Below, piece after piece: positions 39,894-49,590 of a stretch of DNA of 64,000 bases. The notes under the pieces are model-generated. The model ran no database searches and was not told the DNA's origin. It worked only from the letters and a program-made list of their open reading frames with translations. Positions within the stretch are counted from its first letter, which is position 1. The number at the start of each line of letters is the position of its first letter. The DNA lies in assembly GCA_022823665.1 (NCBI GenBank), contig JAJEHN010000015.1, positions 4,195-68,194 of the forward strand. Direction: 5' to 3'. Origin of the DNA: Thermoanaerobaculia bacterium (GTDB lineage Bacteria; Acidobacteriota; Thermoanaerobaculia; Multivoradales; Multivoraceae). A program made the position numbers and the translations under genes.

Positions 39894-40699
39894 TCGTCGC
39901 GCCCCAGAAGGGTGCTCAGCACGCTACCTACCTCGGAGCGAAGCGTGTCGGCGTGACGGGCGAAGAAACCGCCCAGGTCGTAGCCGACGATCCTCGCCAT
40001 GAACTCATACGTCGACGTTAGAGGATCACCGCTCCTGAACTCCCCAGTCAGCACCACCCACCGGGCGGCCCTGTAGCGCAGGAGCACGTCTCGGTCGATC
40101 TGCTGGGACAGAACCAGAAGACAGGGGAGATACCCGCTAGTGTACGCCGCTACCGCGTTCGCCAGGTCGGCCTGCTGGCGTTTGCTGTCCTTGCTCTTGT
40201 ACCCCTGCCGCACCTCGAAGACGGCCCCCTTCAGGGAGCCGACGATCGAGGTGTCTACATCGACGGAGTCGGCAGCTTGGCGGATCCATCCCCGAAGCCG
40301 ATCTCTTGAGGGCTCATCGTGCACATCGTCGAGGGTCACTCGACCGTCCAGAGAGAGACGCCTCCGTTTTCCGTCCGACAGCGTGGTCTCGTAAGACCAG
40401 ATCACTTCCTCCGCGGACAGACCGAGTGCGTCCTGGAGTACCTCTCGGAACACGCGCTCGCAGGCGATACCGATCTGCCTGTAGATACTCGTCATTCCGC
40501 CGGCAGACCGATGGGCCGTGTAGAGCTTCGGATCGTCGAGCCCAAGCCATGTGTAGAACGGGTCCGCGCGGTAGAGATCGCGGAACTCCGCAAGAGTCAG
40601 CCCAGCCATCCTTCCCTGGCCGAACTTCGGCCGGTAATCGGCGCAGGACCGCACGCAATCTACGAAGATCCTGAGATAGTCATCGTCACGCGCTGTCAT
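39890..40699 (-). CDS. Hypothetical protein, first gene of the MTase operon (possible cognate restriction endonuclease)
   Basis: 269 aa with no family I can assign from sequence. Translationally coupled to the MTase. Type II REases are typically orphan in sequence; the assignment rests on position only. Confidence 0.4.
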   Translation of the reverse strand: MTARDDDYLRIFVDCVRSCADYRPKFGQGRMAGLTLAEFRDLYRADPFYTWLGLDDPKLYTAHRSAGGMTSIYRQIGIACERVFREVLQDALGLSAEEVIWSYETTLSDGKRRRLSLDGRVTLDDVHDEPSRDRLRGWIRQAADSVDVDTSIVGSLKGAVFEVRQGYKSKDSKRQQADLANAVAAYTSGYLPCLLVLSQQIDRDVLLRYRAARWVVLTGEFRSGDPLTSTYEFMARIVGYDLGGFFARHADTLRSEVGSVLSTLLGRDE

Positions 40700-41076
40700 G
40701 AGGTTCTCTCATCCGGAGGGAGTGGCCCGCGGTTGGCAACGAGCCGAGCGGTAAGGCGGACGAGCGCGGTGCACAGGATCAGCGTGTTCGCCTATTACTG
40801 ACACGAGATCACTCCGAGCGCAGGTGACTGCGCAGAATCTCCCTCACGACATCTTCCAAGGACCTCTCGGAACCAGCGACATCGCTCAGCCGAGGGTCCA
40901 CGAGGAGGCCAAGCCTACACGGACCCTCCGGTGACGAGCCTCGGTCCCAACTCCGCGACTCGCAGAGGCGACTGCCAGCGTGACGGCGGTCAGCCTGATC
41001 CTTCGCCGGCTGACCCGAACACTCCGGAGCGGTCGGAGCCTCGCCTCTGCCCCCCCGGGTCGCCTCAACCTCCAAC

Positions 41077-42573
41077 TCACGGCCGGAAGGGTTCGGCCAT
41101 CCCCATCACGTCGCCGAGAACGGCCCAGAACTTGGTCTTCCTGGCGTCCTGTTTCCGGATCTCTGCGAAGTAGGCGTCGTGATCCTCAAAGCCCCGGTAG
41201 TCGTCGATCCTCTCCGCGAGCCCCGCGCAGGCCAGCAGCTGCCGGGCGGCGTGCCGATAGCGCGATGAGCGGGCGCTCCCCAGTGTGAAGTCGATCATTG
41301 CCCGCAGAACGAGCGTCGCGGCCAGCGGGTGGTCGGCCGCGAAGGCCGACGCGGCCGAGTTCAACGTGGCATAGAAGTCGCCGTTCAGTTCGCTCGCCCT
41401 CCGCACGGCGAGCGATGCGGCTCCGCCCACGTCCGGCCATCGCAGCACAAAACGAAGCGCGTCGTGCACGTCCGGATAACCGGCGGCGTGGTCGAGGGCT
41501 CTCTCGGTCGCGACGGCCGCGTCGGAGTCGCCCAGTCGCTCGAGGTACGCGCGCAAGGACGCCTCGTCGAGATGCTCCTCGAAGATCGCCCAACGCAACG
41601 CCTGAGCCTCCTCCGTTCGGCCGAGCGCGTCAAGCACGTCGATTCGCGTCTCCCGCCACTCCTCATCGGGCGACGGGAAACCATCTTCCCGCACGAGCCG
41701 AGCGGCGTCGAGTGTCTCGAGTGCCTCCCGCGGCCGGTTCGCGTCGAGCAGCCGCCGCCCGATCTCGGCGGCGATCACCGGAATCCTCCTCTGTTGCTCG
41801 TCGTACTGGGCCATGTAGGCATCCACGTCGCCCTGGGCGTCCGCGATGTCCTTCAACGCTTGAGGAATCGCACGCGCGAACACGACCAGGGCTTCATCCT
41901 CCGGGTCCGGCTCGGTTGGCCGACCCCAAGGGCCTCTGACGACGTTGGCCCCGTCCTCGTCAGGCGCGGCGACCACGCCACGGCCCCTGAAGGCGAGCAC
42001 TTTCCGGCGCAAGTGCTCCAGCCCCTCCGGTCCAAGAGCGGGCCCGACTGCGCCGATCAGGCCGTCGTACTGACCGAAGCCGTTCCTCCAGATGGCGTCA
42101 AAGGTCCGGTCGGCGAGCTTGACCCGGTCGGGACCAGCGGCGACGGCGACGCGACCGAGGTCGGCGCGGGCGGCGCGGAAGACCTTCCCGATCAGTCCGG
42201 AGCTGTCGGCGCAACGATCAAAGACCCGCTCGCCAAGCGCCATGAACCGCCACAGCAGATCGAGAGCGAGCCCCGGGTCACGCTCGGCGACGTGCCTCCG
42301 GATCGCCTGTCGCTGCGCCTCCAGGTCGTCCGCCAGAGCCGCGCTGCCGGACCGGGGAACGAACTTCTTCGCGCGACCCATAGCCGCGAGGCGCTTCCGG
42401 ATCTCGCCGGCGGCCGCCTTGGGACCCTTGGCGGCCGCAAGCTCCAGGCGCAATTGACGCTTGGCCGCCGCATCGCGCGCCGTGGCGGCCGAGAGAAGTT
42501 CCGCGAGCCTTCGGGCGCCCAGACCTTCCAAAGCCTCCACATCGATGGTGTTCCCGGCTGGCATGGGTCTCAC
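41077..42573 (-). CDS. Hypothetical alpha-helical protein
   Basis: 498 aa, Ala/Arg/Leu-rich with repeated helical-hairpin character. No catalytic motifs recognised. Confidence 0.55.
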   Translation of the reverse strand: MRPMPAGNTIDVEALEGLGARRLAELLSAATARDAAAKRQLRLELAAAKGPKAAAGEIRKRLAAMGRAKKFVPRSGSAALADDLEAQRQAIRRHVAERDPGLALDLLWRFMALGERVFDRCADSSGLIGKVFRAARADLGRVAVAAGPDRVKLADRTFDAIWRNGFGQYDGLIGAVGPALGPEGLEHLRRKVLAFRGRGVVAAPDEDGANVVRGPWGRPTEPDPEDEALVVFARAIPQALKDIADAQGDVDAYMAQYDEQQRRIPVIAAEIGRRLLDANRPREALETLDAARLVREDGFPSPDEEWRETRIDVLDALGRTEEAQALRWAIFEEHLDEASLRAYLERLGDSDAAVATERALDHAAGYPDVHDALRFVLRWPDVGGAASLAVRRASELNGDFYATLNSAASAFAADHPLAATLVLRAMIDFTLGSARSSRYRHAARQLLACAGLAERIDDYRGFEDHDAYFAEIRKQDARKTKFWAVLGDVMGMAEPFRP

Positions 42574-42655
42574 TTGAAGCGTCCACCGCCAGCGGCCCGG
42601 ACATGCCCCGGCCCCTCAACGACCGCTCCTCGCCCCGCCCGCGATTCCGGCGTGG

Positions 42656-43267
42656 TCAAAGACTCCCGGGTCCTCCGTCCCCGAACTCCCGGCCGACTTC
42701 CACCCACAGGCGGTCGACGTCGAGTTCGATCTCGTCTCGTGTCGGAGACCGCCACTTGCCGGCCTCGGATGCGTGAACGGAGTAGCGCCCTTCCTGAAGC
42801 ACAAGGAAGAGAATGTGTCGCCGGGCGGGATCCACAATCCAGTACTCGGGTACGCCCGAGTCGGCGTAGACGCTGAGCTTGTGGACCTGGTCGCGGCTGG
42901 CGGTCGACCTGGAGAGGATCTCGACGACGAGGTCGGGCGGCCCTTCGATCCAGTTCCGGATGATGCTGCGGTTGCCCTCCGAGATGTAGAGGATGTCCGG
43001 CTGCGGCACGGAGTGGTCGGCCAGATGAACGTCCATCGGCGCCAGGAGCGCCATGCCGCCGGTTCGTTGCGCCGCCTCGGAGAACAGGCGCCCCAACACG
43101 GTGACGAGGTATTGGTGGACGGGAACAGGACCTGGACTCAGGTAGAACCTCCCGAGAATCAGCTCGCAACGGGGCTCTTCGGGAAGGGCGGCGTAGTCGA
43201 TCCGGCGGTACGGACCGAGGTCGCGATGCAGCGTCGGCGGCGTCCGGTCAAGCAGCGTCACGGACAT
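42656..43267 (-). CDS. Uma2-family (DUF820) putative endonuclease
   Basis: Family signature ...PQPDILYISEGNRSIIRNWIEGPPDLVVEILSRSTASRDQVHKLSVYADSGVPEYWIVDP (PD-(D/E)xK-like, with the EYWIVDP terminal motif). Confidence 0.8.
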   Translation of the reverse strand: MSVTLLDRTPPTLHRDLGPYRRIDYAALPEEPRCELILGRFYLSPGPVPVHQYLVTVLGRLFSEAAQRTGGMALLAPMDVHLADHSVPQPDILYISEGNRSIIRNWIEGPPDLVVEILSRSTASRDQVHKLSVYADSGVPEYWIVDPARRHILFLVLQEGRYSVHASEAGKWRSPTRDEIELDVDRLWVEVGREFGDGGPGSL

Positions 43268-43396
43268 GCATTGGAGTATACGGACCGCTTTCGTCGACCG
43301 TCCAGAAAGAACCTTGCTTCACCTTGGCCCATGAGAGATGAACCCGCTCCTTCCGCTGCCGAACGGAAGCGCCTACGAGCGAGCAGACCTGACAGC

Positions 43397-44590
43397 TCAA
43401 CCCGCCGGCGCCTGCAGATCCCCCAACATGCGACCAGCCGCGACGGCCCGGACGCGGTCCGCCATCGGGAAAGAGTGCTCGCTTGCGTGAACGACGGTCA
43501 ACCGGGAGAGTTCCAGGTCCCTGACCGCCGAGCGCATGGAGGGCGTCACGCGTGGCGATGACGTCCGCTTGATCTCGTAGCCGACACGGTGGTCGCCACG
43601 GTCGACGAGCAGGTCGAGCTCGGCGCCGGTGTGGGCCCGCCAGAAGTAGACGCGTTCCTCGGGCAGGTCGAGAAGGGTCAGCAACTGCTCGAGGATGAAG
43701 CCTTCCCACGAGGCGCCGCACTTCGGGTGGCGCTCGAGAGCGGTTTGGCTGTCCAACGCAAGGAGCGTGTGAAGCAGGCCGGAGTCCCGGATGTAGACCT
43801 TCGGCATCTTGACCTGGCGCTTGCGGAGGTTCGCATGCCACGGCTGCAGTTGACGCACGACGAGGGCTTCGGTGAGTTGATCCAGGTAGCGACGGACGGT
43901 CGTGTCAGAGACTCCGAAGGAACGCCCGAACTCGGAGCCGTTCCAGATCTGGCCGTGCCAGTGGGCCAGCATCGCCCAGAAACGGCGCATCGTGGGACCG
44001 GGAATCCGGCTTCCCAGAGCGGGAAGGTCGCGTTGAACGAATGTGTTGATGAACTCGCGCCGCCATCGTTCGCTGTCCTCGCCTGACGGAGCGAGGAATG
44101 AACGCGGAAAGCCGCCGCGGAACCAGAGGCCGTCCAGGGCCGCGACACCGGTCTCGGCAACGGACAGGCCCGGCAGGAAGTGGTAGGCGATCCGACCGGC
44201 CAGGGTCTCCGAACCCTGCCGCAGCAGATGCGGCGACGCGCTGCCGAGCACCAGGAACCGGGCCGGGAGTGGATCGCGGTCGCCGAGGACGCGAAGTACC
44301 GGGAAGAGCTCCGGGCGTAACTGGATCTCGTCGAGGATGACAAGCCCCTGAAGACCCGAGAGCGCCAGCCGGGGCTCGTCCAGACGGGCCAGGTCGTCGG
44401 GGTCCTCCAGATCAAAGCGATGGACCGGTGTGGCAGCGGACGTAGCGGCACGGGCCAGCTGCTTCGCGAGGGTGGTCTTGCCGACTTGGCGAGCGCCCAG
44501 GATGCCCACCACCGGAAACTGCCGGAGGAGGCTCTCGACAGCCGCGACTTGCTGCTGTCGCTGGATGAACTCGCTGGACACGAAGCGCAT
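43397..44590 (-). CDS. AAA+ ATPase with DUF4143 (archaeal-ATPase-like family)
   Basis: Walker A GARQVGKTTL. Walker B LVILDEIQ. The C-terminal DUF4143 region is conserved in this widespread, defence-island-associated family. Confidence 0.85.
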   Translation of the reverse strand: MRFVSSEFIQRQQQVAAVESLLRQFPVVGILGARQVGKTTLAKQLARAATSAATPVHRFDLEDPDDLARLDEPRLALSGLQGLVILDEIQLRPELFPVLRVLGDRDPLPARFLVLGSASPHLLRQGSETLAGRIAYHFLPGLSVAETGVAALDGLWFRGGFPRSFLAPSGEDSERWRREFINTFVQRDLPALGSRIPGPTMRRFWAMLAHWHGQIWNGSEFGRSFGVSDTTVRRYLDQLTEALVVRQLQPWHANLRKRQVKMPKVYIRDSGLLHTLLALDSQTALERHPKCGASWEGFILEQLLTLLDLPEERVYFWRAHTGAELDLLVDRGDHRVGYEIKRTSSPRVTPSMRSAVRDLELSRLTVVHASEHSFPMADRVRAVAAGRMLGDLQAPAG

Positions 44591-44711
44591 TCTACCCGGA
44601 ACTCTCGGCGGTTTCCATCGAGATTTCCTGCCTTAGCGCTGTTCCGCGAACCCGGAACGTCGTTGACCGGAACCCAGGCGGACCGAGCGACCGGCCGGGC
44701 CTCAGCCTGAG

Positions 44712-45143
44712 TCAGCCGAACCGGGGATCGAGCGGGAACGGGCGCAACTTGCCCGGCTTCACCTGATCGAAGTCCCGATGCAGCGGGTTGATGACGACGT
44801 TGCGCTCCAGCGGGTTGACGATGCTGGGAACGGCGATGGCGAGGTTGCGGCCCAGGGCGGTGGCGCCGAGGCGCTGGCTGTCGGAGGACGACGGTTCCGC
44901 TTCGAGGTGAGCGATCGCACCGTCCGGGACCATCACGTCGACGATGCGCCAGACTGGGTGGTCGACTCCGAACGGCAGGCCGACCAGGACTTCGAGCAGG
45001 GCCAGCGAAGAGGTCTCGCTGCAGTAGACGGCTCGCATCCCCGGCGGGCTCCATCTGCCGCCCCTGCGCGCCGCGCCGTCGCCGTTCAGGATCGTCGGAA
45101 CGTCCGGCGCCCACTGGGACCGGGCGAGCCGCCAGACCTTCAC
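44712..45143 (-). CDS. RES-domain toxin (NAD+-targeting, type II TA)
   Basis: RES fold: VWRLAR...GDGAARRGGRWSPPGMRAVYCSETSSLALLEVLV (R-E-S residues). Start placed at the GTG (VKVWRL). The track ORF is extended 34 codons upstream. Confidence 0.75.
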   Translation of the reverse strand: MKVWRLARSQWAPDVPTILNGDGAARRGGRWSPPGMRAVYCSETSSLALLEVLVGLPFGVDHPVWRIVDVMVPDGAIAHLEAEPSSSDSQRLGATALGRNLAIAVPSIVNPLERNVVINPLHRDFDQVKPGKLRPFPLDPRFG

Positions 45144-45150
45144 CCGGGAC

Positions 45151-45552
45151 TCACAGTGGAATGCCGTGGGCGAGGCGGTGAAGGACCGTGAGGACCTCCT
45201 CCGCGCCGACTTCCGTGTCCGAATGCTCCAGGGGCGTCTCGCCACTCAAGGCGGGATTGGCGTGCTTCAGCCACCGGACGGCGCTCTCGTGGTTGTAGTC
45301 GAAGAACTCGAGAGCCGCGTTGTAGACCCGGGCCAGCCGCGCCGCGCGGTCGCTCTCATGCCGGTTGAGCCGGCCCTGCCTGAGCCGCCGGAGCATGGTC
45401 TGGCGGGGTATGCCAACGACTGCCACGAGCTCCAGGTCGGAGATCGACAGCAGCCGCTTCAGGTCGGCGAGGATGTTCGCGGAAGCGCCGCCGCGGATCT
45501 GCTCGAGATCCGGAACGCTCAGTGGCTCTGCCCGTGTCGCCTCGGCCTTCAT
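45151..45552 (-). CDS. Xre-like / DUF2384 antitoxin partner of the RES toxin (ParS/MbcA-like)
   Basis: 133 aa, immediately upstream of the RES gene (7 nt away). The C-terminal region NAALEFFDYNHESAVRWLKHANPALSGETPLE matches the DUF2384 antitoxin domain. Confidence 0.75.
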   Translation of the reverse strand: MKAEATRAEPLSVPDLEQIRGGASANILADLKRLLSISDLELVAVVGIPRQTMLRRLRQGRLNRHESDRAARLARVYNAALEFFDYNHESAVRWLKHANPALSGETPLEHSDTEVGAEEVLTVLHRLAHGIPL

Positions 45553-45586
45553 CTGGTACAGACGACTGTACCATATGGTCTATCCC

Positions 45587-46669
45587 TCACTCGCCGAGGC
45601 AGATGCCGAGGTCGCGGGCGGTGGCGACGACGTCGGCTTCGAGGGGCACGCTCTTCATGCGGCTCACGGCGAGTTCGAGCGGCACGGCACGGACGGTCGG
45701 CGGATCGAGCGACACCATGACGCCGAACTCTCCCTGCTCGATCTGGCGCACGGCGGCGGCGCCGAAGCGGAGAGCGATCAGGCGGTCGTAGGGAATCGGC
45801 TGGCCGCCGCGCTGGAGATGGCCCAGGGTGACGGTGCGCGTCTCCTTGCCGGTGCGTTCGTGAATCTCTGCCGCCACCCGCTCGGCGACGCCGCCGAGAC
45901 GCTCACCGTCGCCAGCCCCCGTCCGCTTCGACCAGGTGAAGTCGCCGCCCACCGGGCGCGCGCCTTCCGCGGCCACCACGACCGCCCAGTGCCGCCCCCG
46001 CTTCTCGCGCGCCATCAGGTGATCGCACACCTCGTCCATGTCGTAGGGAATCTCGGGGATCAGAATGACCTGGGCCGTCGCCGCCACTCCCGCGAAGAGA
46101 GCGATCCAGCCGGCGTAGCGGCCCATGAGCTCGACCACGAAGATCCGGTCGTGCGCCTCGGCGGTCGAGTGCAGCCGTTCGATCGCGGCGGTCGCGACGT
46201 CGACCGCGGTATGGAAGCCGAACGTGACGTTGGTCCCGGCGAGGTCGTTGTCGATCGTCTTAGGCACGCCGACCACGGGAACGCCGAGCCCGTGAAGCTT
46301 GAGCGCCAGCCGCATGGAGCCGTCGCCGCCGACCGCCACGAGCGCATCCAGGCCGAGCCGGTGGAACCCCTTTACCGCCTCGTCGGTGAGATCCTCGACG
46401 ACGACGGAACCGTCCTGCTGCTCTACGCGCCGCTCGAAGGGATAGGCGCCGCTGCGCGTGCCCAGGATCGTGCCGCCCAGGTGGGTCGTGCCGCGCACGG
46501 CTGGGCGGTCAAGGATCCGGACCCGGCTGGGATCGAAGAAGGCTTCGTAGCCGCGCAGGAGGCCGACGACCTCCCAGCCACGGCGGATCGAGGCGAGCGT
46601 CACCGCCCGGATCACCGCGTTGAGGCCGGGCGCGTCGCCGCCGCCGGTGCTGATGCCGATCCGCTTCAT
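45587..46669 (-). CDS. pfkA: 6-phosphofructokinase
   Basis: MKRIGISTGGGDAPGLNAVIRAV (PFK N-terminal signature). GGDGS. PKTIDNDL. MGR motif (MGRYAGWIAL). 360 aa. Confidence 0.9.
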   Translation of the reverse strand: MKRIGISTGGGDAPGLNAVIRAVTLASIRRGWEVVGLLRGYEAFFDPSRVRILDRPAVRGTTHLGGTILGTRSGAYPFERRVEQQDGSVVVEDLTDEAVKGFHRLGLDALVAVGGDGSMRLALKLHGLGVPVVGVPKTIDNDLAGTNVTFGFHTAVDVATAAIERLHSTAEAHDRIFVVELMGRYAGWIALFAGVAATAQVILIPEIPYDMDEVCDHLMAREKRGRHWAVVVAAEGARPVGGDFTWSKRTGAGDGERLGGVAERVAAEIHERTGKETRTVTLGHLQRGGQPIPYDRLIALRFGAAAVRQIEQGEFGVMVSLDPPTVRAVPLELAVSRMKSVPLEADVVATARDLGICLGE

Positions 46670-46718
46670 CGGACTGCGGAGAATCGCACAGTCGCGCGGC
46701 TATCGTCTACTGGCCGAG

Positions 46719-48230
46719 CTACTCTCCGCCGTAGACGAAGCGCTCGACCTCGCCGTGGACCCGATCCACCGTCTCTCGGGAGGGGCCGGGCGTGAAAGCG
46801 GAAACGGCCACCGCCAGCAGAGTGTTTGCGAAGAGGCCCCAGAGGCCGCCGTGCATCCCCAGAGGATGCGCGCCCCAGGGCAGCGTGAACCCCAGACTCA
46901 GCGGGAGCGTCAACGCGAGGGTCAGCAGCCCGGCGCCCAGGCCGGCGAGAACTCCAGCCCGGCTCAGGGAGCGCCGGCCGGGAAAGCAGACGCCGACGAT
47001 CGCCGGCATGAGTTGCAGCGCCCCGGCCCCGGACAGCGTGACGATCGCCACGAGCAGGTCGCTCTCCGTGATCGAAAGCGCGAAGGCGACGCCCAGGAGA
47101 ACGAAGACGATCGCGCGGCCGACGAAGACGTAGTGCGCCTGGCTCTTCCCGCGCGCGACGTAGCGCTGGTAGACGTCGCGGGTGAGGACCGTCATGTTCG
47201 CGTGCAGGATGGAATCGAGCGTGGACATCGCGGCGGCCGCGGCGCCGGCGAGGATGATGCCGGTGAGCCACGCCGGCGCGTGCTGGAACAGAAGCTCCGG
47301 GAAGACGCGGTCCGCGCTCTCGAGTTCCGGCATGACCAGCGCCCCGCCCAGCCCGACGAGCGCGGCCGGGATGTACAGGGTCATCAGGTAGATCGGCGTC
47401 GTGGCGCCGAGCAGCTTGAGCGTCTTGCCGTCCACCGCCGTGTAGTAGCGGATCATCATGTGGGGCTGGAAGATGATCCCGAACGACAGGGTGAGCACCA
47501 TGCCGACCCACATGCCGGGCGTGAAGAACCCCTCGGGCCCGGGCAGGGTCAGCATGTCCGGCCGCTCGCTCGTCACCCGCTGCCAGAGTTCGACCGGGCC
47601 GCCGAAGAGCTCGAACGAGAGGACGAGCGCACCGGCCCAGATCGCCACGTACATCCACGCGCCCTGGAACACGTCCGTCCAGTAGACCGCGCGCAGGCCG
47701 CCGACCATCAGGTGGACGACGGCGACCGTCAGCATGATCAGGACGCCGATCTCGAACGGGACGCGGCCGTCGGTCGCCACGTCCATGATGTAGCCGAGGG
47801 CGAGCGCCTGGACCTGGATGTAGAGGATCGTGAAGAGGACGGAAACCAGGGCCACCGCGACGCGCACCGCCTCCGACTCGTAGAAGTCGGCCAGCAGGTC
47901 CGCCGGCGTGATGTAGCCGAACGCCTTGCCCAGCGCCCAGATGCGCGTTCCGATGACGTAGGTGGCCGCGCCGACCAACAGGGTCCAGGCGCCGGCCGAC
48001 CAGAAGCCGATGCCGTGGGTGAAGAAGAAGCCGCCGGAGCCGAGGAAGGCGAAAGCCGAGTGATAGGTCGCGACGACGGTCAGGTAAAGGACGACGAAGC
48101 CGGTGCGCCGCCCGCACAGGAGGAAGTCCTCCATGTCGACCGTCATGTGGCGATTGGCGACGACGGCGACGCCCAGGGTGATCAGCAGGTAGACGCTGAT
48201 CAGGCTCGTCGCGACGACCCAGGTTTCCAC
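46719..48230 (-). CDS. Sodium:solute symporter (SSS family)
   Basis: 503 aa, about 13 TM. SSS family fold; the conserved region typical of PutP/ActP-like carriers is present. Confidence 0.85.
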   Translation of the reverse strand: METWVVATSLISVYLLITLGVAVVANRHMTVDMEDFLLCGRRTGFVVLYLTVVATYHSAFAFLGSGGFFFTHGIGFWSAGAWTLLVGAATYVIGTRIWALGKAFGYITPADLLADFYESEAVRVAVALVSVLFTILYIQVQALALGYIMDVATDGRVPFEIGVLIMLTVAVVHLMVGGLRAVYWTDVFQGAWMYVAIWAGALVLSFELFGGPVELWQRVTSERPDMLTLPGPEGFFTPGMWVGMVLTLSFGIIFQPHMMIRYYTAVDGKTLKLLGATTPIYLMTLYIPAALVGLGGALVMPELESADRVFPELLFQHAPAWLTGIILAGAAAAAMSTLDSILHANMTVLTRDVYQRYVARGKSQAHYVFVGRAIVFVLLGVAFALSITESDLLVAIVTLSGAGALQLMPAIVGVCFPGRRSLSRAGVLAGLGAGLLTLALTLPLSLGFTLPWGAHPLGMHGGLWGLFANTLLAVAVSAFTPGPSRETVDRVHGEVERFVYGGE

Positions 48231-48274
48231 AGACGGTCCTCAGACGGGGGCGAAGACGGACGAAGGAAACCGCG

Positions 48275-48442
48275 TCACACGCCGCGGCGGTAGGCCCAGA
48301 TCAGCACGGCGATCAGGGCGCAGTAGACCGCGAACAGGGCCAGATACAGGAACGGAACGCCGAGGACGCCCGGCTCGATCCGGTTCAGCAGCGTGTGCGT
48401 GACCGGCGGCATCGCCAGCAGGAAGACCGCCCCGAAGACGAC
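48275..48442 (-). CDS. Small DUF3311-type membrane protein coupled to the SSS transporter
   Basis: The C-terminal about 55 aa (LLNRIEPGVLGVPFLYLALFAVYCALIAVLIWAYRRGV) match the two-TM DUF3311 pattern that commonly precedes SSS symporters. The N-terminal 100 aa of the track ORF are probably not translated, and the start codon is uncertain. Confidence 0.4.
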   Translation of the reverse strand, partial: VVFGAVFLLAMPPVTHTLLNRIEPGVLGVPFLYLALFAVYCALIAVLIWAYRRGV

Positions 48443-48495
48443 GCTGGCGATCCAGCCGTCGCGGGTGCGCGGCAGGAAACGGGAGCGGCGGCGGG

Positions 48496-49521
48496 TCAGT
48501 CCGGGTTCTCCATGCGGTGGTACATCCGCTGCACCTCCGGTTCGGAAGGCTGCCGCTCCGGAAACGCCGTGCCGGACAGGTCGAGCGTTCCAGGCACCTC
48601 CTCGGCGGGGACTCCGGCCGCGTGCTGCTCCGCCGTCTTCTCCCAAAGCACGCGGTAGTACTCCTGCGACTTCTCGATCGCGCTCAGGTCGCTCAGGGGC
48701 GGGCCGTGCCCGGGAACGACGAGGTCGAAGTCGAGCATCGCCAGGTTCCCCAGCGTCTCGGACCACTCGTCGACGTAGCCGTCGCCCATGAAGGACGGAC
48801 CGCCGAACAGCATGTCGCCGGTGAAGACGAGCCTGTCCTGCGGGAAGTAGACGACGGCGTCGCCGCCGGTGTGGGCGCGGCCGACGAAGATGATCTGGAT
48901 CTCCCGGCCGCCCCGGAACAGGGTCATCTTCTCGTTCATCGTCACGTCGGGCGGCAGCGGCCGGATCTCGTCGAAGTCGGCCGCGTGAGCGGCGAACATC
49001 GCGCGGTAGGTCTCGAGACCCGCCCGCTCCTCGTCGTCCTCGGCCGCCTCGATCTGCTCGGCGAGCTGTTCCAGCCTCGCCGCGTTCCCGGCGAGCCCGC
49101 GCTGGTAGGTCGGCTCCTCGTGCGCGCCGGTCGCCATCTTCATCCGCGTGTACTCGTGGCCGATGATCGGGATGTCGGCGAACTCCTGGTTGCCGTGGGC
49201 ATGGTCCCAGTGGTAGTGGGAGTTGATCAGCGCCGTCACCGGCTTGTCGGTGATCGCCGGAATCGAGGCGATCAGGTCGCGGGCCTTGGACGGCGTCACA
49301 TGGGAATCCACGAGGATCACGTCCTCGTCGTTGACGATCACCAGGGCGTTGCTGTTGAACACCTGCGCCGTGGTCTGGGTCAGCCAGATGCCGTTCCGCA
49401 CCTCCATGAAGCGGTGGGTGTCGGTCGTCGTGGTCCAGTCCTGGGCCGACAGCGAAGCCGCCGCAAACACGGTGGCCGCGGCGAGCGCGGTACGAATCGT
49501 CAGTCGAAGAGCGTGTCTCAT
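48496..49521 (-). CDS. Secreted MBL-fold metallo-hydrolase
   Basis: 341 aa from the internal Met (MRHALRLTIRTALAAATVFAAASLSAQ, signal peptide). HxHxDH motif (SHYHWDHAHG). Later GDAVVYF...HGPP ligands. The track ORF is over-extended to 905 aa. Confidence 0.8.
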   Translation of the reverse strand: MRHALRLTIRTALAAATVFAAASLSAQDWTTTTDTHRFMEVRNGIWLTQTTAQVFNSNALVIVNDEDVILVDSHVTPSKARDLIASIPAITDKPVTALINSHYHWDHAHGNQEFADIPIIGHEYTRMKMATGAHEEPTYQRGLAGNAARLEQLAEQIEAAEDDEERAGLETYRAMFAAHAADFDEIRPLPPDVTMNEKMTLFRGGREIQIIFVGRAHTGGDAVVYFPQDRLVFTGDMLFGGPSFMGDGYVDEWSETLGNLAMLDFDLVVPGHGPPLSDLSAIEKSQEYYRVLWEKTAEQHAAGVPAEEVPGTLDLSGTAFPERQPSEPEVQRMYHRMENPD

Positions 49522-49590
49522 GGAACCTCCCTCTCGCGGTACGCCGAGTTCCGGCGACGCCTGCCGTAGCTTGCTGTCTACAATAGCGCG

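Noticed and set aside
40740-41076. Gene in the 340-bp gap right of the R-M island (88-aa minus-strand ORF at 40809..41075)
   Set aside because: Only a short C-terminal-looking peptide with no start context and no recognisable fold. Treated as a possible gene remnant, not annotated.
41329-48293. Long alternate-frame ORFs (41329..42876, 43678..45114, 45365..46795, 46620..48293, 46666..48117)
   Set aside because: Each overlaps a motif-supported gene (hypothetical, AAA ATPase, RES/Xre, pfk, SSS) in another frame or strand.
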